Of a stretch of DNA of 64,000 nt, positions 20,063-29,001 are shown in pieces. Numbering within the stretch: position 1 is the stretch's first letter; every line of letters starts with the position of its first letter. This DNA comes from an uncultured Chloroflexia bacterium (lineage in GTDB: Bacteria > Chloroflexota > Limnocylindria > Limnocylindrales > CSP1-4): NCBI GenBank assembly GCA_963813535.1, contig CAWEZH010000002.1, positions 224,001 to 288,000 on the forward strand. Reading direction: 5' to 3'. The notes beneath the pieces are model-generated. The model did no database searches and had not been told where the DNA came from. It saw nothing but the letters and a program-made list of their open reading frames with translations. Both the position numbers and the translations under genes were made by a program.

Positions 20063-21469
20063 TCAGGGGCGGCGGCCGCCTCCGCGTGGTGCGGTACTCG
20101 TCGGGACCTGCGTGGATCGCCGGCGGCCCGTACCCGACGTCGGACGGGGGTTACGCAGGAAAGTCGGGAGGTCGAGGCCGTCCTCGCTCGGGTCGAGCGC
20201 GGGCAGCTGAGGCTCGGCGTGCTGGACAGATGCGGCGCGGGCTGGCTCAGGACTGGGAGCAGGCTCCGGCTGCGTGGCCGACGCCTCGCGGCCGTTGGAA
20301 GCGTGGGCCTCTACCTCGTCTCGAGGCGCTGCGTCGTGGCGGGGAGGTGCGTCGTGGCGGGGAGGGACCAGGTGGCGGGCACTCGGCTCCGGCCGCGGAT
20401 CGTGTCGGCTCGTCGGTTCGGGTCGCCGTCGACCGTCGAGCCCGGTCGCGATCAACGTGATGTGGACCTCGCCGTCGGACACCTCGCCGACGCTCGCGCC
20501 GAAGATGACGTTCGCCCGGGGATCGACCGAGGCGCGGATCTCGTCCGCCGCCTGTCGGACCTCGCGCAGGCTCAGATCGGCCGGGCCGGCGATATGGAAC
20601 AGGACGCCGTGGGCACCGTGGATGCTCGACTCGAGCAGCGGGCTCGATGCCGCCTGACGCGCAGCCTCGACCGCGCGTTGTTCGCCGCGGCCCTGACCGA
20701 GCCCGATCAATGCCGGCCCCGCGTTCTGCACGACCGAGCGAACATCGGCGAAGTCGAGGTTGATGAGACCTGGCGACGTCAGCAGCTCGACGATGCCCTC
20801 GACCGCCTTGAGGAGCACCTCGTCGACGACGCGGAACGCCTCGAGCGCCGACGCCTCGGGGTCGATGACCTCAGCGACGTGGTCGTTCGGGACGGTGATC
20901 ATCGCGTCGACCTCGGTGATCAGACGCTGGGCCGCTTCCTCGGCGATCTCACGACGTGGCGTCCCTTCGAAATCGAAGGGCTTGGTCACGACGGCGACCG
21001 TCAAGGCACCCTGCTCGCGGGCCTTGGCTGCGACGATCGGCGCGGCACCCGACCCGGTCCCGCCGCCGAGACCGGCGGTGACGAACACGAGGTCGGCACC
21101 CGCGACCGCCTTCGCGATGCGATCGGCATTCTCTTCGGCAGAGCGTCGGCCGGTCTCCGGGTCGCCGCCGGCGCCAAGCCCGCGCGTCACGGCATCGCCG
21201 ATGCGGAGACGAACCTCGGCGCGGGACTCACGGAGGGCCTGGGCGTCGGTGTTGACGGCGACGAAGCCGACACCCGGGAGCCCGACATCGACCATGCGGT
21301 CGACCGCGTTGCCGCCGCCACCGCCGACGCCGACCACGAGGATCGCCCGCGTCTCGGGCCTTCGCCCGCGGCGAAGCCAGCCAGGGAGGGAAGCGAGGAT
21401 CCGCACCGTCAGGAGTCCCAGCAGGACGACGACGATGAGTTGGATGAAAGTCTGGGCCGTCGGGTCCAC
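20063..21469 (-). CDS. ftsZ: FtsZ homologue with N-terminal transmembrane helix
   Basis: VVGVGGGGGNA, NTDAQAL, GLGAGG, GGGTGSG, T7 loop GLINLDFADV, C-terminal LDLPTFLR; N-terminal FIQLIVVVLLGLLTVRILA. Confidence 0.92.
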   Translation of the reverse strand: MDPTAQTFIQLIVVVLLGLLTVRILASLPGWLRRGRRPETRAILVVGVGGGGGNAVDRMVDVGLPGVGFVAVNTDAQALRESRAEVRLRIGDAVTRGLGAGGDPETGRRSAEENADRIAKAVAGADLVFVTAGLGGGTGSGAAPIVAAKAREQGALTVAVVTKPFDFEGTPRREIAEEAAQRLITEVDAMITVPNDHVAEVIDPEASALEAFRVVDEVLLKAVEGIVELLTSPGLINLDFADVRSVVQNAGPALIGLGQGRGEQRAVEAARQAASSPLLESSIHGAHGVLFHIAGPADLSLREVRQAADEIRASVDPRANVIFGASVGEVSDGEVHITLIATGLDGRRRPEPTSRHDPRPEPSARHLVPPRHDAPPRHDAAPRDEVEAHASNGREASATQPEPAPSPEPARAASVQHAEPQLPALDPSEDGLDLPTFLRNPRPTSGTGRRRSTQVPTSTAPRGGGRRP

Positions 21470-21593
21470 CTGACGAGTGTAGTCCGGGGTGGTGCGCGCG
21501 CGGCACGGCTAATCGTCCTCGGGTACGTGGTCCCTTCGGCGGTGACGGCGTCTGACGGGTGGCGGCAAGCGATGGGTAGGGCACTATCCATGG

Positions 21594-22307
21594 ATGCAGC
21601 TCGCCTCATCGCTCCATCGACTCGGCGGCTCCACCGTCGTCAACAGCTACCTCGTCGCCGACGCGACCGGCGTGACGGTCATCGACGCCGGGCTACCCGG
21701 CTACTGGAACGGACTGCCGAACGAACTTGCCGCGATGGGTCGGTCGATCGAGGACGTGCGCGGTGTCGTGCTGACGCATGGCGACACCGACCATGTCGGT
21801 TTCGCGGAGCGGCTCCGCCGTGAGCGAGGCGTGCCGGTGTATGTCCACCAGGCCGACGCTCCCCGTGCGCGCTTCGAGGTGAAGAAGCCGTCGTCGGGCT
21901 GGGGGCCGATGAAGGTCGGTCCGATCCTCGGATTCCTCTGGTACAGCGCCCGGAACGGGGCACTCCGGATCCCGCCACTCAGCGAGGTGGTGCCGTTCGA
22001 CGATGGCGCCACGCTCGATCTGCCGGGCTCGCCGCGCGTGATCCACATCCCGGGTCACACCCCGGGGAGCGCCGCGATCCACGTGCCGGGCGTCGATGCG
22101 CTGTTCGTCGGTGATGCGCTGACGACACGGAGCGTGCTGACCGGTGAGACCGGACCGCGCATCGCGCCGTTCACGCTCGACCCGGAAGCTGCCCGAGCAT
22201 CGTGGCAGCGGCTCGACGGTATCGAGGCGCGCTGGCTGCTCGTCGGTCACGGCGATCCGTGGGACGGCGGCGTCGGCGAGGCGCTCCGGCTGGCGCGGTC
22301 GCGCTGA
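21594..22307 (+). CDS. MBL-fold metallo-hydrolase
   Basis: THGDTDH, PGHTPGS, GDAL, VGHG. Confidence 0.9.
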   Translation: MQLASSLHRLGGSTVVNSYLVADATGVTVIDAGLPGYWNGLPNELAAMGRSIEDVRGVVLTHGDTDHVGFAERLRRERGVPVYVHQADAPRARFEVKKPSSGWGPMKVGPILGFLWYSARNGALRIPPLSEVVPFDDGATLDLPGSPRVIHIPGHTPGSAAIHVPGVDALFVGDALTTRSVLTGETGPRIAPFTLDPEAARASWQRLDGIEARWLLVGHGDPWDGGVGEALRLARSR

Positions 22308-22358
22308 CGGATCCGGTCGACGCCGGTCGACGGCTCCTTCTCGCGAGCCGGTTCTCGC

Positions 22359-23084
22359 CTAGCCGGCCTGGTCGGTCCTCGCGGTTTCGTCGGCCTCGTC
22401 GTCGGTCGCCTCGAGCGCGTCGGCGATCTCGTCGAGAGTCGTGACCACGACCGCGGCGCCCGAGCCCTCCAGGGCTTCCGCCGACACGGCCGACCCCGCC
22501 GTGACGCCGATCGGGATCATCGCTGCGGCCACGGCTGCTGCCATGTCCCACGTCGCGTCGCCGACATACCAGGCCATCGGCGGATCGACGCCCAACTCCT
22601 CCGCGGCGCGGAGCAGCAGGTCGGGCTCGGGCTTGGCGTGCTCGACGTGGCTGGCGTCGACGATGGTCGGTTCCTTGTCGAGGTCCAGGGCCGCGACGGA
22701 CGTCCGGACCTGCTCCTTCCGACTCGACGTGGCGATGGCCGCTTTCATCCCGCGCGCCTCGATCGTGTCGAACAGACGCCGCACGCCCGGCAGCGGGCGA
22801 GGGGACCGGTTGAGTTGCTCGTAGAGCTCGCCGCACCGCTTGTCGATGTCTTCGGCGCGGTCGTCGTCGATCGGCTGGCCGGCAAGGGCGGCGACCTCGC
22901 GGGCGAGTCTCTTGCCATCGACACCGATCAGCGGTCCGAGCTCGTCCTTGCTCGCGGGGATGCCCGCTTCCTCGAAGATTGCCAACCAGGCATCGATGCG
23001 CGTCTGGACGGTATCGACGAGGGTGCCGTCGAGGTCGAAGATCACGGCCTCGGGTGCGGGCAGCTCTCGGTCGTGGGCGGTCAT
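22359..23084 (-). CDS. HAD-family phosphatase
   Basis: FDLDGTLVD, KPEPD, VGDATWD. Confidence 0.9.
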   Translation of the reverse strand: MTAHDRELPAPEAVIFDLDGTLVDTVQTRIDAWLAIFEEAGIPASKDELGPLIGVDGKRLAREVAALAGQPIDDDRAEDIDKRCGELYEQLNRSPRPLPGVRRLFDTIEARGMKAAIATSSRKEQVRTSVAALDLDKEPTIVDASHVEHAKPEPDLLLRAAEELGVDPPMAWYVGDATWDMAAAVAAAMIPIGVTAGSAVSAEALEGSGAAVVVTTLDEIADALEATDDEADETARTDQAG

Positions 23085-23153
23085 GCTCGGGACGGTAGCA
23101 GCGGGAACATCACGTCGAGACGTGATCGACCCGACACAGAACGGGCTCCCGCC

Positions 23154-23804
23154 TTACATCAGGAGCAGGCAGTCTCCGCCGGGGTCCTCACCACGCCCGA
23201 GCGCCGCGAGGCACGCGCGAGCTCCGATGGGGAACTGCTCGCGGAGCTGCGGGACGTCGCGCAACACGTTCCGGTTGTGGCGTGTGTCGGCGACGAGCAG
23301 GATCGCGCGGGTCGCCCCCAAGTCGCGTTGCTTGGCGCGCAGCCGACGCTCGGTGGCCTGGACGTCGTGGAGTCGTGTCTCGGCTTCGACGATGGCGCTG
23401 AATGCCCGTCCGCGCGCCATCCCGTCGGCGCTCCGGAGGTCGCCTTGGATGGGTATCGGGACCTCTGTGCGCCAACGAACGGAACCATCGAGCCTCGCGG
23501 CAAAGCGACTCAGCAGGGCGATGTGCGCCTTATCTCTGATCGGTAGCCCGATCGGGTGAACACCCAGGCTGAGCTCGGCACCGAGCGCGGATGCGAGACG
23601 CGCGAGAAGCTCGATGTCGACGTGGTTGGCGATCCCGGCCTCGATCCTTCGGACCTGCGTGTGGGAGATGCCGACCATCGCCCCGAGGTGGCGGGTGCTG
23701 ATGTCCGCTGTCAATCGGTGGGTTCGGAGCTCCTGGCCGGCACGTCGAAGCAGGTACTCGGCGCGTCGTTTTCCTCGGTGAGCTGCGGATTGCCAGGTTG
23801 GCAT
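23154..23804 (-). CDS. XRE-family HTH fused to a PD-(D/E)XK/DUF559-like nuclease-fold domain
   Basis: ELRTHRLTADISTRHLGAMVGISHTQVRRIEAG HTH; WRTEVPI...RSAD...IVEAETR acidic motif. Confidence 0.7.
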   Translation of the reverse strand: MPTWQSAAHRGKRRAEYLLRRAGQELRTHRLTADISTRHLGAMVGISHTQVRRIEAGIANHVDIELLARLASALGAELSLGVHPIGLPIRDKAHIALLSRFAARLDGSVRWRTEVPIPIQGDLRSADGMARGRAFSAIVEAETRLHDVQATERRLRAKQRDLGATRAILLVADTRHNRNVLRDVPQLREQFPIGARACLAALGRGEDPGGDCLLLM

Positions 23805-23844
23805 GGCAAGAGTCTGATTTGGGGCGATCACCTGCGGCTCACCG

Positions 23845-24017
23845 GCATCTGGAACATCCCGATGTTCCGATCGACCGGCGAAGCTCGCATCACCGCCCGT
23901 TCCGAGGCCCACGAGGGCAGTTCGCCGGTCGTCTGGAACCCCGATTGCGTTCCAAACGCACCTGAGAGTGTCCGATCGGCCCGCTCGCCGGTCAGTTGGA
24001 ACACCGGGAGGTTCCAA
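23845..24017. repeat. Array of three GGAAC-N8-9-GTTCC palindromes
   Basis: 23851-23868, 23934-23954 and 23996-24017; GCATCTGGAACAT (23845-23857) is identical to 8787-8799. Confidence 0.65.
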
Positions 24018-24195
24018 TCGCAGCCAGGACGGCGCGCGGGCGGGTTCGCGGCCCGGACCGCGGCCGACCGGCGGCACGCCACTCACCGTCGATCCGCTAG
24101 ACCCCCGAGCGTAGAATCGGCGCACTCCCGACCCGCCCTCGAGATGCACGCACTTTCGTCCCTCGGACGGGCCGGCGTGTGGAGGTACGCGGACG

Positions 24196-24597
24196 ATGCA
24201 GCACGCATTCCTGATCGACCTCGAGGACAAGCCAGGTGCGCTCGCCGACGTGGCCGAGGCCATCGCCGCGAAGGGCGTCAACATCACGAGCGTGAGTGGG
24301 GCCAGCTGTGGCGATCGGGGCCGCATCGCGATCGCGACCGACGACAACGCCCAGACCCGCGCCGCGCTCGCCGATCTGCCCTGCACCTTCGAGCAGAAGG
24401 AGATCACCATCGCCGCGCTGCCCCACGCACCGGGCACGCTCGCCAAGGCCGCCCGCCAGCTCGCCAACGCGGGACTCGATATCGAGTCGGTGATGCTGAT
24501 GGGTATGCAGGGCAATGACATCGAGGTCGGGTTCGTCACGAGCGACCCGGTCATGGCGCGCAGCGCGCTGGACCGGGTGGTGTCGGCGAGCGGCTAG
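24196..24597 (+). CDS. Tandem ACT-domain protein
   Basis: LEDKPGALADVA...GVNI and PHAPGTLAKAA...GLDI; GGAGG RBS. Confidence 0.88.
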   Translation: MQHAFLIDLEDKPGALADVAEAIAAKGVNITSVSGASCGDRGRIAIATDDNAQTRAALADLPCTFEQKEITIAALPHAPGTLAKAARQLANAGLDIESVMLMGMQGNDIEVGFVTSDPVMARSALDRVVSASG

Positions 24598-25580
24598 TCG
24601 GGCGGCTGCCCGGCGCTGACCACCCGGACCCCGATGTGGTGGTCCTGGTAGGTCGGTGGGTCCTCGAAGTGCCGGTACGCCGCCCTCGCCACGTACGGCG
24701 CCGCCCCCCACCAGCCGCCCTTCTCGACCTTCTTCGTTCCGAGGTCCGGCCCGGTCGGGTCGTCCCGCACCTCCTGCTTGTAGTACGAGCTTGAATACCA
24801 GTCGGCGACCCATTCCATGGCGTTGCCGGCCATATCGACCGCCCCGACCCAGCTAGCACCCTCGGGATACGACCCGACCGGCTCCAGCGAGGTGCTGTCG
24901 ACCACGTTCGCCTTCGCCGGATCCCAGGCGTCTCCCCAGGGGAAGACGACCGACGATGGTCCGCGCGCCGCGAACTCCCACTGGGCTTCGGTCGGGAGCG
25001 CGCCGCCACGCCACGCCGCGTACGCCTCCGCCTCGAACCAGGTGATGCAGACACGCGGGTGTGTCGGCTCGCCGTCGACGCACGCGACCGGCAGCGCGGA
25101 CGCGTCGAGACCCTGCAGCCAGGTCCAGCCCGCCTCGGACCACAGCGACTCCGTGGTGTAGCCGCCCGCATCGACGAATTGCTGGAACGCCTCGTTGGTG
25201 ACCTCGGTCGCGTCGATCCAGTAGCCGTCCGATAGGGCGACCTCGTGCTGTGGTCGCTCGGAGGCCAGCTCGAACCGTGCCCACTCGGGTGGTGCCAGCT
25301 CCCCGGTCGGGTCGGTCTCGTCCGTGCCCATCAGGAATGAACCGGCCGGCACCCACACCTGGGCGACACCGTGCTCGTCCGTCCGTTCCTGGCCGGCGTT
25401 CGCGTCGAGGGTCGCGGCCGCGGTCGCGGATGGGCTCGATGGCGACGCACTCGGACTGTCGGACGGAGCCGCAGACGCGGCGGAGGCAGCGGCCGATCCG
25501 GTGGGCACGCCGCCGGACGGCGCCGCCGCGCAGCCCACGAGGATCAGCGGCAGGACCAGCGCAACGACGCGGACGCGCAT
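24594..25580 (-). CDS. Formylglycine-generating enzyme (SUMF1/FGE-sulfatase) domain lipoprotein
   Basis: Lipobox LVGC; GSFLMG, TEVTN, LPTEAQWEFAARG, DMAGNAMEW. Confidence 0.88.
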   Translation of the reverse strand: MRVRVVALVLPLILVGCAAAPSGGVPTGSAAASAASAAPSDSPSASPSSPSATAAATLDANAGQERTDEHGVAQVWVPAGSFLMGTDETDPTGELAPPEWARFELASERPQHEVALSDGYWIDATEVTNEAFQQFVDAGGYTTESLWSEAGWTWLQGLDASALPVACVDGEPTHPRVCITWFEAEAYAAWRGGALPTEAQWEFAARGPSSVVFPWGDAWDPAKANVVDSTSLEPVGSYPEGASWVGAVDMAGNAMEWVADWYSSSYYKQEVRDDPTGPDLGTKKVEKGGWWGAAPYVARAAYRHFEDPPTYQDHHIGVRVVSAGQPPD

Positions 25581-25720
25581 CGATCTCCTCCCTCGGACGA
25601 TGTGTCATCGCCCCGACGACGCCGGCCCGCTGCCGGTTCCGCGCACAAGATGGTGCATCGGGTCACCAAAGATGTCAGCGGACTGCACAAGACCCGCCCG
25701 GACCGGCGCAGGATAGTGGT

Positions 25721-25894
25721 CCCCCGCAAGGTCCTCCATCGCAGGAGGCCGGATCCCCCATACGGCCTCCATGGCGGCCCGCGGGGCTTCGGCCCCGCGG
25801 ACGCCGCCGGTGCGCGGCTCCCAAAGGCCGTCGCCGGCTCGTCGGCCCGGTGGGTGCTGGCACGTCGCGACCCCCTTTGCGCCGTGCCGGCGCC
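25721..25894 (+). ncRNA. Candidate multi-hairpin small RNA with C-rich loops
   Basis: GGAGGCCG-GATCCCCCATA-CGGCCTCC; CCGCGGGGC-TTCG-GCCCCGCGG; stem with TCCCAAAG loop; GGTGCTGGCACG...ACCCCCTT...CGTGCCGGCGCC. Confidence 0.5.
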
Positions 25895-26205
25895 TCAGGC
25901 CGATTCGATATCGGGTTCCGACGCCTCGAGCGGCTCGCGCATCGCCGAGTAGGCCAGGATCGCAAGCGAGAGCAGGAGCGCGATGCCCATGACGGGCGCG
26001 CCGATCCGCCTGATCTCGGACGACCCGAGGATCAGCCCGATCACGAACACGATCAGCCCGAGGTTCACGCCCCAGAAGATCAGCTGACCGATCCATGACC
26101 GCCGGACCTCGGCCCGGAGCACGAGCACCGTCAGGAACCCAAGTGCGATGTTCGTGGTGATCCCGATGTACGTCGCGTGATCGCTGGCGACGAGGACGTT
26201 GACCG
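25895..26205 (-). pseudogene. Membrane protein C-terminal fragment
   Basis: Three TM segments (ASDHATYIGITTNIALG...) with no clear start codon after the MFS stop. Confidence 0.4.
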
Positions 26206-26214
26206 GACCCGCCG

Positions 26215-27465
26215 CTACGACGGGCGGCGTACCGACCAGGTCGCGACAGCCAGCAGGATCAGCCCGGCGACGGCGATCGCCACGCCAGTGGAGAGGCGGT
26301 CTGCCAGGGGACCCGCCACCAACGACGGTATGAGTGACCCCGCGGACACGATCGATGCCAGCACGCCGAAGACGCGGCCGCGGACATCGGCGGGCGTCGA
26401 CTCGGTGAGATCCGTCTGGGCCGTGACCGCGGTGATCGCGTAGGCCGCCCCGGCCACGATCGCCGTCGCGATCACGATCGGGATCGAGCCGACGCCGACG
26501 CCCATCGCGTGGAGCATCCCGTCCAGCCAGCCCGCGCCGGCGAGTGCCGCGGTCACCGCCCCGAGAACGAGCAGTCCACCCTCCGCGACCCGCCGCCGCG
26601 GCCACCGCCCGCCGAACCGCCGCAACCCGAAGATGCCGACGACGACCCCGATACCCAGCGGGATCACGACGACCCCGAGGTCCTCCGGGTCGAGGCCGAC
26701 GGTAACGGCGAGCGATGGTCCGAGGACGCCGAGCACGCTCGCGACCGATGTCGCCGTCGCCAGCAGCACGATCGGGCGGCTGATCGACGGTTCGTGTCGG
26801 ACCACGGCGAATCCGTCACGGAGCTCGGCGATCGGCTCGCGGAAGGATCGACGTCGCTCGCCGGTCTTGGGCGCGATCGGTGGCGCGCTCGGCAACCCGA
26901 TACAGGCGATGCTCGCGGCGACGTAGAAGGCCGTGACGACCCCGAGCACGAATGACGGGCCCGCCAGTGACACCATCAACGGGCCCAGGAACGCGAAGCC
27001 GACGGCGAACGAGCCCTGGAGGGTCAGGTTGAAGATGCTCATCGCGGTCTCGAGCTGCGGCTTGGGCACGACCCGCGGGATCATCGAGCCCTCCGCCGGC
27101 GTCAACGCCACGCTCATCAGGCTCACCCCGAGGTTGAGGACCAGCACCATCGGGATGTTCGCGCCGGCCAGCGCGAGGCCGGCGGTCAGTGCGGTCCGGA
27201 TCACGTTCGGGACGACGAGCGCCCAGCGCAGGTCGAGCCGATCGACGATGACGCCGGCGAACGGCGAGAGCACGATCTGGGGCAGGACGAACGACACGAG
27301 TAACGCGCTGACCGCGCTGTTCGAACGGGTCGTCGAGAAGACGAGGACCGTGAGCGCATAGAGCGCCATGTTGCCGCCGACCTGGTTGGCGGCCTGGATG
27401 AACCAGAGCCGCGCGAACACCGGGTCACGCAGGATGCTCCGGGCGCCGGCAGCGTCGATCGTCAC
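26215..27465 (-). CDS. MFS transporter (DHA3/H+ antiporter-like)
   Basis: 12-TM pattern, GVIVDRLDLR, RGRVFG. Confidence 0.88.
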   Translation of the reverse strand: MTIDAAGARSILRDPVFARLWFIQAANQVGGNMALYALTVLVFSTTRSNSAVSALLVSFVLPQIVLSPFAGVIVDRLDLRWALVVPNVIRTALTAGLALAGANIPMVLVLNLGVSLMSVALTPAEGSMIPRVVPKPQLETAMSIFNLTLQGSFAVGFAFLGPLMVSLAGPSFVLGVVTAFYVAASIACIGLPSAPPIAPKTGERRRSFREPIAELRDGFAVVRHEPSISRPIVLLATATSVASVLGVLGPSLAVTVGLDPEDLGVVVIPLGIGVVVGIFGLRRFGGRWPRRRVAEGGLLVLGAVTAALAGAGWLDGMLHAMGVGVGSIPIVIATAIVAGAAYAITAVTAQTDLTESTPADVRGRVFGVLASIVSAGSLIPSLVAGPLADRLSTGVAIAVAGLILLAVATWSVRRPS

Positions 27466-27585
27466 GGAGCGGCAGTCTAGGCGACGCTGCCCCGCCGGAT
27501 CTGGCTGCCGATGACGGGAAGAGTCCCAGCCGGATCGACCGGGAGAGTTCTCGGGCGCCGATCCCCCAGATCGACGCCCGAGCCC

Positions 27586-28071
27586 TCAGGGACGATCGAT
27601 CGGTTCGAGGCGGAAGAACGTTCCTGTCGCGACCACGTGGTCATGGGCGCGGTCGTACATGGTTCGGAACGGCTGGCGCTGCACCGCGAGGTGCGCATCG
27701 ATGACCCTCGTCCGCTCGGGGCCGGCGCCGAGTTCCGTGGCCCGCACGACGGTCGTGGATCCATCATGTCGGACGACAGTGCCCGAACCCGCACAGAGGA
27801 GATTGCGGACCCACTGGGCACGGTGTCCGTTGGGATGACCGATGTAGCTCGCGTCGTCAGTGTCGAGGACGACGGCGAAGAACGAACGCTCGAGCCCGGT
27901 CCGCCGGCCGATCACCCGGACCTCCTGGACGGGCCCCAAGACGCCGCGGCGATGGAGGATCCGCGCGACGGCGGTCGGCGTCGTCGCGAAAAGGAGCGAG
28001 AACATCCGCCGGGTCGCGATCGAGCCCTGGGCATCTGCGCTGCTGCCGATCGGCCTGGTCGTCATATCCAT
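27586..28071 (-). CDS. Deazaflavin-dependent nitroreductase (DDN)-like protein
   Basis: GRRTGLER...AQWVRNL motif. Confidence 0.65.
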   Translation of the reverse strand: MDMTTRPIGSSADAQGSIATRRMFSLLFATTPTAVARILHRRGVLGPVQEVRVIGRRTGLERSFFAVVLDTDDASYIGHPNGHRAQWVRNLLCAGSGTVVRHDGSTTVVRATELGAGPERTRVIDAHLAVQRQPFRTMYDRAHDHVVATGTFFRLEPIDRP

Positions 28072-28119
28072 AAGGGCGTCCGGGCGACCGCATTCGTTCC
28101 TTCTGCGCGGATGGTCTCA

Positions 28120-28992
28120 TCAGGTGGAATCGAAGCTCCACTGATCGATATCGATCACTGGCTCGAAGCCGATGGCCTGGTAGATCTTGTTCGAGGTCGG
28201 ATTCGTGATGTCCGTGAACAGGAACACGAACCGGCGACCCGCATCGAGCTGTGCCTGGCTCGCGGCCGCGGTCACAGCGCTCCCGAATCCATGGCCGCGG
28301 TCAGCCGGCGGCGTGTAGACCGGACCGACCCGGATGCCGTGCGGTGTCGGGCCGGTGACACCGGCCATCGAGACCGGCCGGCCATCGTGTTCCCAGAGGT
28401 AGAAGAGCCGCGTGCCGCTCCGCAGCGCGCCGTCGACGATCTCCGCCGGCTCCCACGGATCGTCGCGGTCGAGCGCCTCGCGCAGGAACGCGTCGGACCA
28501 GGCGATCAGCAGATCCCGATCGGCGGGGGTGGCGACGCGGGTCCCACCGGAGACGCCGACCGGTGGCGTAACGCGCTCCAGGCGGTAGATCCGCTCGGCC
28601 ATCGTGCGCTCGGCGAGCTGGCCACGTGGCTCGGCCCACGCGGCTGCGAATGCGCGGGCCATCTCGACAGGGGCGGTCACGCCGGGAACATGGACGCGGC
28701 CCTGCCCGAGGTCGGCGGCCAGTGCCTGGACCGCCTTGGGATCGCCGGTCCATGACAGGACCACGTTGAACGGCGGCGTCATGAGGGCCGCCGCGACGAC
28801 GTCGCCGTTCCTTCGGACCGCGGCGAAGAACGGCGGCGCGGTCATCGGTCGTTCCGGATCCGCGATGAGGTTCGCCGCGATGCCGAACAGGAGGTTGTGC
28901 TCGGCCTCGCGTCGCTCGAGGAATGGTCCGGCCGTGTCGAGGAACGCCCGGGCGTCGGGCAGCCGTTCGACGCGGACGGTGGGCTCCGGCAC
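28120..28992 (-). CDS. GNAT-family acetyltransferase
   Basis: RVGPVYTPPADRGHGFGS, LFTDITNPTSNKIYQAIGF. Confidence 0.9.
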   Translation of the reverse strand: MPEPTVRVERLPDARAFLDTAGPFLERREAEHNLLFGIAANLIADPERPMTAPPFFAAVRRNGDVVAAALMTPPFNVVLSWTGDPKAVQALAADLGQGRVHVPGVTAPVEMARAFAAAWAEPRGQLAERTMAERIYRLERVTPPVGVSGGTRVATPADRDLLIAWSDAFLREALDRDDPWEPAEIVDGALRSGTRLFYLWEHDGRPVSMAGVTGPTPHGIRVGPVYTPPADRGHGFGSAVTAAASQAQLDAGRRFVFLFTDITNPTSNKIYQAIGFEPVIDIDQWSFDST

Positions 28993-29001
28993 CGGACGAG
29001 T

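Noticed and set aside
20330-20365. Short tandem repeat GCGTCGTGGCGGG in ftsZ
   Set aside because: Encodes PPRHDA repeats in the disordered linker, which is ordinary for FtsZ linkers
8788-24017. GGAAC/GTTCC palindromes as a CRISPR array
   Set aside because: Only three degenerate units per locus, with irregular spacing and orientation and no cas genes
23805-24554. Long N-terminal extension of the XRE protein (466-aa ORF)
   Set aside because: It runs antisense to the ACT gene and through the repeat array; the real start is probably 23804
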